Below, one piece after another: positions 1 to 8,935 of a DNA stretch of 64,000 bases. The notes beneath the pieces were generated by a model. It had not been told where the DNA came from. It did no database searches and saw nothing but the letters and a program-made list of their open reading frames with translations. The stretch's first letter is position 1. Each line of letters starts with the position of its first letter. Source of the DNA: Gemmatimonadota bacterium (GTDB lineage: Bacteria; Gemmatimonadota; Gemmatimonadetes; Gemmatimonadales; GWC2-71-9); the NCBI GenBank assembly GCA_036679605.1, contig JAZDCZ010000243.1, positions 32,001 through 96,000 on the forward strand, read 5' to 3'. Position numbers and translations under genes: made by a program.

Positions 1-1
1 G

Positions 2-544
2 AAGCGTGCGAGTCTGCACGTCGTACTCGAAGTGGAACATTTGTTTCTTTGCCTGCTTCTTCTCAGGCGTTCCTTCTTCTTGCTGCTGTTCTTCGTCATC
101 CTCTTCAACGTCCGCTTCGGCGGTCTTTTCTTCATCCTGTGAAGATTCCACTTCGAACTGCAGTGTGTTCCCGTCGATGAACTTGATTTTCTTAATGGGC
201 AGGTGCTGCCCGTCCCACGGATCCTTGGTGATCCTCGTCAGTTCCGCCGCGATCCGGTCGTTGTCGAAGATAAGGCGCTTTGTGCCTTGCACGGGATCGA
301 CGATATAGTAGGACTTGCCGTTCGAGGTCTCCCACTCGTACCAAAACTTCTGGCTTCCCTCGATCCAGCGCGGACTCACTGACGTGCTGTATATGAGTTC
401 GTTGATCCTGTAGGGTGCGAACCGCCCGGCAAGGCGGTAGTTGGCGGTGGTGACGTGGCGGTCGGTCTGGGCTGCGAGTTGGGACGCGGTGACCGTGGCC
501 ACGATCATGTAGAAGGACAAACAATAGGCAAATCGCCGAGCCAT
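2..544 (-). CDS. S9/DPP-IV-like dipeptidyl peptidase, N-terminal part (runs off window edge)
   Basis: Not in the ORF track. Manual translation from ATG 544 (GGAGG SD upstream): MARRFAYCLSFYMIVATVTASQLAAQ (signal peptide) ...ANYRLAGRF...YSTSVSPRWIEGSQKFWYEW...IFDNDRIAAELTRITKDPWDGQHLP, typical of the DPP-IV N-terminal propeller family. Confidence 0.7.
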   Translation of the reverse strand, partial: MARRFAYCLSFYMIVATVTASQLAAQTDRHVTTANYRLAGRFAPYRINELIYSTSVSPRWIEGSQKFWYEWETSNGKSYYIVDPVQGTKRLIFDNDRIAAELTRITKDPWDGQHLPIKKIKFIDGNTLQFEVESSQDEEKTAEADVEEDDEEQQQEEGTPEKKQAKKQMFHFEYDVQTRTL

Positions 545-590
545 CGAGAAACCCTCCGTCAGATCGTTTTGAATTGAATGTTGTGCTTGC

Positions 591-627
591 AAAGAGACGG
601 CCTAAAGCGCTTTCGCGCAATAGGCCG
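591..627 (-). terminator. Hairpin downstream of the helicase gene (possible terminator)
   Basis: Minus strand CGGCCTA-TT-GCGC-GAAA-GCGC-TT-TAGGCCG followed by TCTCTTT; GNRA loop, ~30 nt after the stop at 657. Confidence 0.5.
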
Positions 628-656
628 CATATCTATTCGCTGAGTGCCTAGCCGAC

Positions 657-1874
657 TTATCTCCTCCGGCTGCCTCCGCCTCTCCTCGATCTCAACGAAG
701 GACCTTGTGGTCGTGAGATTTCTTTGCGCTCACTGGGCTGGATGGGTTCCACGGCCGGCTCGAAACCCGGTACGGTTTCACGAACCAGCGTTTGGCCCAG
801 TAGTTTTTCGATGTCCAACATCAGTAACCACTCGTCTGGTGACATAAGGGTCAAGGCTATCCCCTCGGCCCCGGCGCGTGCGGTCCGACCCACTCGGTGA
901 ATATAGATTTCCGGGTCGGCCGGTACGTCGTAGTTCACTACCATTGCGATGTTGTCGACGTCGATGCCACGAGCGGCGACGTCTGTCGCCACTAGAATCC
1001 GAGTCTTACCATTCTTGAACTGCTCGAGTGCCTTGTTGCGGGAACTCTGGGTCTTGCCGCCGTGCAGCGCAGAGGCGTTGCTTCCGTCGCGACGCAGATG
1101 GCGGGTGAGCTTGTCAGCTCCGTACTTGGTGCGTGTGAACACCAGTGCGCGGCCTTCCGGTACTTCCTTCAACTTCTCGGCGAGGACTCCGCGCTTCTCG
1201 GACTTATCAACTGCGACGAGAACGTGCTTTACACCTTCGGCGGCCTCAGCGCGCCGCCCGATCTCGACCGCGGCATGTCCCTGCATGGCGCGTCGCGCCA
1301 AACGATCGACGTCTCCGGAAATAGTCGCGGAAAAGAACAGTGTCTGACGTTTGGCCGGCAACGAATCGAGTATTCGGTTTACGTCACGAGCGAATCCCAT
1401 GTCGAGCATGCGGTCAGCCTCGTCGAGCACCAGCACCTGGAGCTTAGAACTGTCCACGTGTCCGCGACCCATATGATCGAGGAATCGTCCTGGCGTTGCG
1501 ATCACGATTTCGACGCCACCTTGGAGTGCGCGTGTCTGCGGGACCATACCGACGCCACCGTAAACGGCCGCCGATTTCACCTTACAGTGGCGGCCGTACG
1601 TCTTGGCGCTGTTCAACACCTGCTCTGCCAGTTCACGAGTCGGCACAAGGACGAGAGCTTGTAACTTGCCGCGCGGGCTGGATTTCAAGCGCTGTAGGAT
1701 AGGCAATAGAAAAGCGGCCGTCTTGCCCGTTCCGGTCTGTGCAGAGCCGACCAAGTCGCGGCCCGCGAGCCCAACTGGTATCGCTTGCTTCTGAATCGGT
1801 GTGGGACTGGTGTAACCCTGGTCCTTGACGGCCCTCAAAAGTTCGGGCGCAAGGCCCAATGAATCAAATGACAT
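657..1874 (-). CDS. rhlE: DEAD-box RNA helicase (RhlE-like)
   Basis: Q motif (PTPIQ), AQTGTGKT, PTRELA, TPGR, DEAD, SAT, ARGID and HRVGRTAR motifs; basic RG tail. Start placed at MSFDSLGL. Confidence 0.92.
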   Translation of the reverse strand: MSFDSLGLAPELLRAVKDQGYTSPTPIQKQAIPVGLAGRDLVGSAQTGTGKTAAFLLPILQRLKSSPRGKLQALVLVPTRELAEQVLNSAKTYGRHCKVKSAAVYGGVGMVPQTRALQGGVEIVIATPGRFLDHMGRGHVDSSKLQVLVLDEADRMLDMGFARDVNRILDSLPAKRQTLFFSATISGDVDRLARRAMQGHAAVEIGRRAEAAEGVKHVLVAVDKSEKRGVLAEKLKEVPEGRALVFTRTKYGADKLTRHLRRDGSNASALHGGKTQSSRNKALEQFKNGKTRILVATDVAARGIDVDNIAMVVNYDVPADPEIYIHRVGRTARAGAEGIALTLMSPDEWLLMLDIEKLLGQTLVRETVPGFEPAVEPIQPSERKEISRPQGPSLRSRRGGGSRRR

Positions 1875-2347
1875 CTTTACTTTTACATCCTTCAATAAGG
1901 CGTACGCAGGCATACCAGGTGACGTCCGTGTCACCGGAATGCGATGCGGTTGTTTGTCTGAACCTGAAGAATGAAGAACGACGAGTCTAAAACGCGCCGG
2001 TGCCCATGCTTAAGCGGGGACCGTTCTACGTGAGCGGAAGGATACCAGCTTGCGGTTCGTGCTACGGGAACAAAGCTAATCGCTTCCTTGGTCGAGCGCT
2101 AGGTGTGATCGCTTAAGTCGGTGCGCCACATTGTGTTAAGTAGCTAGGTGTAGCCGGATAGCCGGACTAGCCATCACGAAGTCAGTTTGGGCTTGAGCAA
2201 GGGTCGGCGGTCTGAAATCGGGGTCAGGCGGCCGAATCTCGCTCCTGGACGCCGCGCCCACTAGGGGATATCTTCGCTGGCTATCAGAGCCGCCGTCACT
2301 GCGTTAGCCGGTCCCGGCTCCGTCCGATTCCCATCTATGGAGGCACT

Positions 2348-3112
2348 ATGTCAAGTCGTAAGGTATTACCCACCATTCTCGTGGCGCTCCTGCTGGCCGT
2401 CATGAGTCAAAGCGCTTGGGCCCAGGCGAGCAACCTTGCCCAGCTCTACACCTTTTCTCCTAAACAGGGCATGTCTGTTGGGTTCGAGAGTGCTCTCAAG
2501 CAACATGTTGAATGGCGGATGCAGAACAACGACCCGTGGAGTTGGACTACCTACCAAGTAATCCAGGGCGACAACCTGGGCGATTTTGTGGTTCGCTCGG
2601 CAGACCACGGCTGGGCTGACTTCGACGCCTACGACGCGGGCTTCGGCCCCAAAGGAAGCGTCCAGTTCCTGGCTACCGTAGGTCCGCTTATGGAGTCAGA
2701 GACCTCCTCGATAACGGCGCTCGATACAGCGCACGTGCGACTACCGGAAGACCTGGCTGCGATCACCTTGATTCAGGTCATCACGTACCAAGTGAAGCCT
2801 GACCAAGGGCAGAAGTTCAATGAGGCCATAGGCAAGATCCACGATGCGATCGTGAAGAAAGACTATCCCGTACACTATGTTTTCGTCAATCAGGTTGTCG
2901 GTGGTGCGGGACCGGCCGTAACTCTGGTAGTACTCTTCGAAAATTGGGCTGCCTTCGAAGATCCTGACCAGCCCATGGCGGCACTGCTCGCCGAAGTCTA
3001 CGGTCAGGAAGAAGCTGGCAAGATATTTGAGGAGTTCTCCGGCAGCTTTACGTCGGTCGAGAGTTCCGTGCTGCGGGTTCGGCCGGATCTTTCAGTGACT
3101 TCAGGCATGTAG
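2348..3112 (+). CDS. Secreted protein with two tandem NIPSNAP-like (dimeric alpha+beta barrel) repeats
   Basis: GGAGG SD; signal peptide ending AWA|Q; internal repeat (..PKQG..FESAL..W..YQVIQG..WADFD / ..VKPDQ..FNEAI..Y..NQVVGG..WAAFE). Confidence 0.65.
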   Translation: MSSRKVLPTILVALLLAVMSQSAWAQASNLAQLYTFSPKQGMSVGFESALKQHVEWRMQNNDPWSWTTYQVIQGDNLGDFVVRSADHGWADFDAYDAGFGPKGSVQFLATVGPLMESETSSITALDTAHVRLPEDLAAITLIQVITYQVKPDQGQKFNEAIGKIHDAIVKKDYPVHYVFVNQVVGGAGPAVTLVVLFENWAAFEDPDQPMAALLAEVYGQEEAGKIFEEFSGSFTSVESSVLRVRPDLSVTSGM

Positions 3113-3130
3113 CGCTCTATTGCAAGAATG

Positions 3131-3163
3131 GTGTGGGGGCTCGGGAACACCGGGCCTCCACGC
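3131..3163 (+). terminator. 14-bp stem-loop between convergent genes
   Basis: GTGTGGGGGCTCGG-GAACA-CCGGGCCTCCACGC (with G-U pairs), 19 nt after the stop at 3112. Confidence 0.55.
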
Positions 3164-3218
3164 CGCACGCAGTCGAAATCCTCCGTTACACCTCTGGGAG
3201 CGTGCACACATCGCGCTG

Positions 3219-3251
3219 GACATCCTCACCGAGGGTCGAAACGATCCTTCA
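3219..3251 (-). promoter_or_regulatory. Candidate bacterial SECIS element after the TGA at 3251-3249
   Basis: mRNA UGA-AGGAUCGUUUC-GAC-CCUC-[GGU]-GAGG-AU-GUC; apical GGU at +19..+21, the same register as the E. coli fdhF SECIS. Confidence 0.55.
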
Positions 3252-4562
3252 GGTGTCTGGCACGGGCAGTTCCACGATAGGTCGCATGCTCTGTTGCTTG
3301 GTGACCTGAACGGTCGAGCGCTGCAATTGCCGCACGAGAATCAGCCACAGCAACGCAGCCACCAACATAAACGATGTAATTCCTGAGGTGCCTCGGCCCT
3401 CGAGCTGATCGGCTGTAGCACCGCTGAGCCAAATGAGCACGAAAACAGCGGCGAGGCCTTCACCCAACCGTGCCCCAATTCCATCGATTACAAGCTTGAC
3501 CATGTTACGGGTTCCCCGCGAGATGGGCACGAATGTCTGTTCCCAGTTGGATCGATGGACCGACGACTTAAGACCTCCTTCCGTTGCTCGCACACCCGAC
3601 CGCAATAGAAGCGATGGGCTAGCGAGAAGCATGGCTGCGCCCCCGACAAGTGCTGCCGGTAGGATCAGAAGACTTCCCCTGACGCCGATGCGACGTTGCA
3701 ACTTTGGCACGATCAGCACCTGAACGACCAAGGCGGCAATGTTGAGTACAGTGTAAAGATCAGCGAACAGTGCGGCGCTTTCCTTAGCGTCGTTTCCCGC
3801 TGTTGCCGCGGCAAAATAGAATTGAAACTCTACGATGATACCAGTGACCGCCCCCATTACGGCGATCGCAAGGAGGCCCAACATGTAGGGCTCGAGGATA
3901 ATCTCGCGAAGCCTGCGTCGCGGCGTGTCTTGGGATACAGGCGATGGTTGCATGTGCAGCGGGAAACGGCGCTGGGCTAGCAGGGTGACAGTTGCCGAGG
4001 CGACTATGAATGCGGCGCCAAATAGGATCAAGTCGGCGGGCGCGACGAACTCCGAAAGCGCTCGGGCAAGGATGCCACCAATGATACCGCCGCTAATTGT
4101 TGCGCCGCCAATCACTCCGTATGGCTTTGCTCGACTCTCTTCAGGTACGCGATCGAAGAGATCTGCTGCCAGCAACCATTGCAACGAGAACAGCACGCCG
4201 AAAGCGAGTGGCACGATCATGAAGAACGCGGTCATGAGCAAGCCACCGCCCGGCCGCACCACACTGTAGAAACCCGATAAGACGAGTGCCAGGGCGAGTG
4301 GCGCGACGATTCTCAACAAACGGGGGCCGATGGCTCGCATGAGCCCTATTACACCCAGCGCCATCGGGATCGACAAGACGGCGATACCCACGTAGGCTCT
4401 TGGCAGATCGAGTAGCCCGCCACCCTGGAAGTACAGCGCGTCCCGAGCGGTCCTGGTGAGCACCAGAGATGTGCTCATCAACAACATTGCCCCTGCGGTA
4501 TACGCAGTCCGGTGCGAGAGATTCGCCTCTCCAGCATCCGGAACGCGTTCTACCATTTCCAA
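3249..4562 (-). CDS. TLC/Npt1-Npt2-like nucleotide transporter (MFS fold); possibly extends via Sec to TAA at 3186
   Basis: ~12 hydrophobic segments; RTARDALY, WLLAADLF, EFQFY and R..EGGLKSSVHRS.WEQ.F.P...R..VK.VID motifs typical of ATP/ADP-translocase-like proteins. Confidence 0.75.
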   Translation of the reverse strand: MEMVERVPDAGEANLSHRTAYTAGAMLLMSTSLVLTRTARDALYFQGGGLLDLPRAYVGIAVLSIPMALGVIGLMRAIGPRLLRIVAPLALALVLSGFYSVVRPGGGLLMTAFFMIVPLAFGVLFSLQWLLAADLFDRVPEESRAKPYGVIGGATISGGIIGGILARALSEFVAPADLILFGAAFIVASATVTLLAQRRFPLHMQPSPVSQDTPRRRLREIILEPYMLGLLAIAVMGAVTGIIVEFQFYFAAATAGNDAKESAALFADLYTVLNIAALVVQVLIVPKLQRRIGVRGSLLILPAALVGGAAMLLASPSLLLRSGVRATEGGLKSSVHRSNWEQTFVPISRGTRNMVKLVIDGIGARLGEGLAAVFVLIWLSGATADQLEGRGTSGITSFMLVAALLWLILVRQLQRSTVQVTKQQSMRPIVELPVPDT

Positions 4563-4566
4563 GTCT

Positions 4567-5988
4567 CTAAGCCCGACTCTCTTTCGCCTTCTGCTGGTAC
4601 CTCTTCCCGATGTTTATGGCCAGGAGCAGCATCAGGATGACCAAACCAATATTGAATATCGCGAAGCCGGACGCGCGCATCGCCAAGTACGTCGTGCCGA
4701 CGAACACCAACGCCGCGGACATGACATCGCCTGCGCGTACGAAAAATGAGTCGATCGCCTGTTTGGCGCTGTATTTTTCTGCCCGCGTCGTCGGGAGGAA
4801 CAACATATTTCGGACGGTATTGTTCAATGAATAGTCTGTAGAATTCTCTGCGGTCTTAACCCACCGAATTGCCGCCAAGACCGGGTAGAACGCCAGAACC
4901 GAATATGCTACGAGGGAGAGGATCGGGAGAATGAGTACGCCAAAACGAACGCCCAGGTACTTCACGATGCGCGAGACCAGGAACAGTTGAATGAGCAATC
5001 CGACGACATTCACAACGCCGAAGAAGTTTGCATAGAAGCGTCCAATGATCTGTTCTACTGAGAGCGCACCCGCGGTTCCATCGGCAACAGCCTGGCGTGC
5101 GGCATCTTCCACTACACTTCCCAGGATATACTCTCCAGTGGTATTCACCCAGTTGATCAGCAGCAACATGAAAGCAATGAGAAGTAGGTAACGATTCCTG
5201 AGCAACAGTTGGAAGGACCCTGATCCCACACGACTCTCGGCAGAGGCAGGTGTCTCCGGTGCTGGATTCTTGCGTTCCTTCACACATGGTAGGGTGGAGG
5301 AGTTTTCCATTTCCTCTCGATGGTCTCTTTCCTTTAAATGATCTCTCTCCTTCTCGCACTCGCATCGATCCACAAACCCGGTGATCTGTACCTCTACAAT
5401 GAGCAGCACCGCGGCCACCAACATGAGCTGGTACACGCCAAGAGGCTCGATCAATTGACCGGCGATCACGGCGCCGAGCACTGCGCCCAAGGATGCACCG
5501 AACGCCACGAGAGGGAAAAGGCGTTCTCCCTGTTCGTTGGTGTAGATGTCGTTGGCGAACGACCAAAACTGCGCCACGATCATCAGATTGAAGATGCCGA
5601 TCCACAGGAAGAAGACGATTCCCAGCGGAACTCCTGCTTGTGCCAGCAGGTAGAAGAGCCCCAGGCAGCCGACGAAGAACGCGGTGACCCAATTTATCAG
5701 CTGTCGTCTTGGCAGCCGCTTTGCGAGTCGGGCGTACAGCGGCACCGCTAACGCCAAGAGTACGACCTGTCCGGCCGACAGGTAGCTCTTCAGTTCGGCC
5801 GAACCTTGCGCCAGAATCAATGCCTCGCGAACCGGCTTGAGGATGTAGTAGGCTGTAAGGATCAAGAATACGTTTAGGGCTAGCATCAGGGCGATGGCGC
5901 CCTCACCAGCGCGCACCTCAGAGAACAAGCCGAGGAATTTCTCCAGCGCGCTTCGTGCAGGTTTTGGTTGCTGGTCAGGACTGCTCAA
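4567..5988 (-). CDS. TLC/Npt1-Npt2 family nucleotide (ATP/ADP) exchange transporter
   Basis: YYILKPVREAL, FWSFANDIY...GERLFP and K.AENSTDYSLNNT.R.MLFLPT.R.EKY.AK.AIDSFFVR.GD are hallmark TLC family motifs. Confidence 0.88.
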   Translation of the reverse strand: MSSPDQQPKPARSALEKFLGLFSEVRAGEGAIALMLALNVFLILTAYYILKPVREALILAQGSAELKSYLSAGQVVLLALAVPLYARLAKRLPRRQLINWVTAFFVGCLGLFYLLAQAGVPLGIVFFLWIGIFNLMIVAQFWSFANDIYTNEQGERLFPLVAFGASLGAVLGAVIAGQLIEPLGVYQLMLVAAVLLIVEVQITGFVDRCECEKERDHLKERDHREEMENSSTLPCVKERKNPAPETPASAESRVGSGSFQLLLRNRYLLLIAFMLLLINWVNTTGEYILGSVVEDAARQAVADGTAGALSVEQIIGRFYANFFGVVNVVGLLIQLFLVSRIVKYLGVRFGVLILPILSLVAYSVLAFYPVLAAIRWVKTAENSTDYSLNNTVRNMLFLPTTRAEKYSAKQAIDSFFVRAGDVMSAALVFVGTTYLAMRASGFAIFNIGLVILMLLLAINIGKRYQQKAKESRA

Positions 5989-6260
5989 ACGAAGCCACCC
6001 TCTCTAGGGTTCGTCTCCTATCTAACTACAACACGTGGTTCAGTGGATTGTGTTCCTCCAGCGACACCCGCGTTTGGAAGCTAATATGGAGCGACCAAGC
6101 TCGCGGGTTCGCCAAGCTCGGAGTTTCGTTGTCAGGAGGGTGCTCCACACTAGTCAGCTGTGGCGCTCTACCTTATGATAGGAAGGTCCATCACCTCAAA
6201 GTGGGATTTGCCGCACAGCCCCAGGAGTGTCACTCAATGTTGTCACAGGAACTAATCTCC

Positions 6261-8855
6261 ATGCGACAAATTGTCTTTGGCACAATGGTGGTAGCTACGT
6301 TTGCCACACTGGGGCAGCTGAACGCTCAGATTGCCAAGTCGCCTCCACCAACGGGGACTGTGACTCACCCGCTGGTACCAGGGGAGCGGTACCGGTCGGG
6401 CGGCTTCCACAAGTTTCTCTTTGGAGGCGAATACCGCGACCTCTGGACCGTTCCGCTGACGGTACCGGTGCTCGATTTCGATGCTGAAGCTGGCGGCTTG
6501 ACGCCCACAACGACGTCCGGATTCGGCCAATCGGTGGCGCTCATTCTTCGCGGGAAAGACAACAAACGCTACGTCCTACGGTCTCTCGACAAGGACCCCT
6601 CTCGTAGGCTGATACCGGAATTGCGTGGGACGTTCGCTGAAAGGATCGTCCAAGATCAGATAAGCTCACTCTTCCCACTTGGCGGCCTAGTGGTGGATCC
6701 GCTCATGGACGCGATCGGGTTGCTGCATTCCAACCATCGCCTAATGGTTGTGCCCGACCACGCCAGTCTTGGGGAATACAGCGACGTCTATGCCGGCATG
6801 GTGGGAATGTTGCTCGAGATTCCTGCTGCGGGGCCGGACAGCGCTGCTGGATTCGCCGGATCGCATCTGTTCGTGGATTCTGAAAAACTTTTCGAGCACC
6901 TTCGGAACGGACCGTGCGACCGAGTGAACGCTCCGGAATATCTCAAGGCTCGCATGCTCGACATACTGGTCGGTGATCGGGACCGTCATGCAGGTCAGTG
7001 GCTGTGGGCGGCGTTCGAGGACGACGGCTGTCGCACCTGGAGAGTGATTCCGCTTGACCGTGATCAGGCCTTTGTGAACTACGATGGTTTTGTAATGTGG
7101 TTGATGCGGACGACTCGGCCGCAGCAGGTTCGATTCGGTCCCGAGTACCCCGACATCGGAGGCCTTACCTTCAATGGTTGGGAAATAGACAGGGCACTGC
7201 TTGCCGAGCTGGACAAACCGATCTGGGACTCCGTAGCCAATTTGATCCAGCGCGAGATCACCGACTCCGTGATTGAGGATGCGGTCAGACGCCTCCCCTC
7301 TGAGCACTATGAGCTGCGGGGCGACTTCCTTGTGGGAAGTCTCAAAGCGCGCCGCGATGCGCTCCACCGAGCAGCCGACCGTTACTATCGAATGATCAAC
7401 AAGTGGACCGATATTTTGGCGACAGATCGGGATGAAATTGCAGAGATCCGGCATTTTGCCAACGGAGACGTCGCAGTGAGCATCGCGTTGCGAGATGGTC
7501 CGTCAAACCCACCAACGGGCGATCCGTACTTTCGCAGAACCTTTCACCCCGACGAAACAAAGGAAGTTCGTCTTTATCTCGGCGGTGGGGACGACCGGGT
7601 CAGGGTCAGTGGGGAAGGGGGGCGCGTCACGATCCGTGTGATCGGCGGTGAGGGTGACGATGTCTTGGCAAACAGATCGGATATAGGGGCCAGACGAACG
7701 CGGTTCTATGATGCCAGTGGCAACAACTCTTTCGAGCGAGGTAAGGGTGCCCGTGTCGACACCAAGTCTTTTGAGCGACCGCCGTCGAAGGACCTGGCTC
7801 ACAAGTACGCTCTCGATTGGGGCGGGGTGCACCTTGTGGCACCGCTCATCTACTTCGATCCGGATGTCGGGTTTCTGTTAGGAGCGTCCACTAGCTTCGA
7901 ACGCTTTGGGTTTCGCAAGACACCGTATACGGCGCGCCACAGCGCAAGCGCGGCGTACGCCACCGGAGTCAAGGCTCCTCACTTGAATTTCAACTCTCGG
8001 ATTCGGAGAATCAGTAAATCGGTGGACGCTGAGTTCGATATTGCTTTCTCGGGCATAGACATCGTGAGGTTTCACGGATTCGGCAATGGCACACAGGCGC
8101 CCGGTCCTAGCTCGTTCTTCCGTGTCGAGCAGTTGCTGCTTGCGGTCTCGCCGATGTTGATCGTTGCGCCCGATGCTCCGATCGAGGTCGGCATCGGGCC
8201 GATTCTCAAGGTTTCGAACATAGAACGCGAGGCGAACTCCAACAGTTTCATCGCCACAAGCCCTCCCTTCGGTATCGGCTCGTTCAGCCAACTGGGCGGA
8301 CAACTTAGGATGGAGCTGGACACGCGCGACATACCGGGGAATGCTACGCGTGGGGTCTTCATCGAGGGCGGTGCTTCGATCTATCCCGAAGTATTGGACG
8401 CCGTAGCTGCGTTCGGTGAGGTCCACGGTGCCGGATCAACCTATCTCAGTGTCAGCATGCCGATGGAACCCACCCTAGCATTGAGGGCCGGCGGTAAGAA
8501 GGTCTGGGGCACGTTCCCGTTTCACGAGGCGGCATACCTCGGCGGGGCCGACAATCTTCGGGGTTTCCGTGAGCAACGCTTTGCGGGTGATGCGGCGGTA
8601 TATGGGAACGCAGAGCTACGCCTTTTCTTGGCGAAGTACGATCTCCTAGTTCCCGGCCGGTTCGGTGTGTTTGGGGTTGCTGATGGTGGGCGCGTATTCT
8701 ACCACAACGATCCCAACGATCCGAACACCCTCCACACAGGCTACGGTGGTGGCATATGGATGACCTTCATCAACCGGCAGCACACACTGAGCGTTGCAGT
8801 GGTCAACGGAGACGATCTGACCGGCGTGTACGTGCGCGGTGGGTTTCTTTTCTGA
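6261..8855 (+). CDS. Omp85 (BamA/TamA) family outer-membrane protein with an N-terminal atypical kinase-like domain
   Basis: Signal peptide from MRQIVFG; DILVGDRDRHAGQW...IPLDRDQAF; GGGDD/GGEGDD RTX-like turns; barrel with LRGF..RFAG loop-6 motif; terminal Phe. Confidence 0.8.
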   Translation: MRQIVFGTMVVATFATLGQLNAQIAKSPPPTGTVTHPLVPGERYRSGGFHKFLFGGEYRDLWTVPLTVPVLDFDAEAGGLTPTTTSGFGQSVALILRGKDNKRYVLRSLDKDPSRRLIPELRGTFAERIVQDQISSLFPLGGLVVDPLMDAIGLLHSNHRLMVVPDHASLGEYSDVYAGMVGMLLEIPAAGPDSAAGFAGSHLFVDSEKLFEHLRNGPCDRVNAPEYLKARMLDILVGDRDRHAGQWLWAAFEDDGCRTWRVIPLDRDQAFVNYDGFVMWLMRTTRPQQVRFGPEYPDIGGLTFNGWEIDRALLAELDKPIWDSVANLIQREITDSVIEDAVRRLPSEHYELRGDFLVGSLKARRDALHRAADRYYRMINKWTDILATDRDEIAEIRHFANGDVAVSIALRDGPSNPPTGDPYFRRTFHPDETKEVRLYLGGGDDRVRVSGEGGRVTIRVIGGEGDDVLANRSDIGARRTRFYDASGNNSFERGKGARVDTKSFERPPSKDLAHKYALDWGGVHLVAPLIYFDPDVGFLLGASTSFERFGFRKTPYTARHSASAAYATGVKAPHLNFNSRIRRISKSVDAEFDIAFSGIDIVRFHGFGNGTQAPGPSSFFRVEQLLLAVSPMLIVAPDAPIEVGIGPILKVSNIEREANSNSFIATSPPFGIGSFSQLGGQLRMELDTRDIPGNATRGVFIEGGASIYPEVLDAVAAFGEVHGAGSTYLSVSMPMEPTLALRAGGKKVWGTFPFHEAAYLGGADNLRGFREQRFAGDAAVYGNAELRLFLAKYDLLVPGRFGVFGVADGGRVFYHNDPNDPNTLHTGYGGGIWMTFINRQHTLSVAVVNGDDLTGVYVRGGFLF

Positions 8856-8935
8856 ATCTCAAATAGAGTCAGCTGCCGCCCGGAATGTGATTTACCCCTC
8901 CCGCGCAAGCGTCATCCACGTCATCTTATGTGGCC

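Noticed and set aside
5955..6260. 102-aa N-terminal extension of the Omp85 ORF
   Set aside because: It overlaps the divergent transporter start; the signal peptide begins at ATG 6261.
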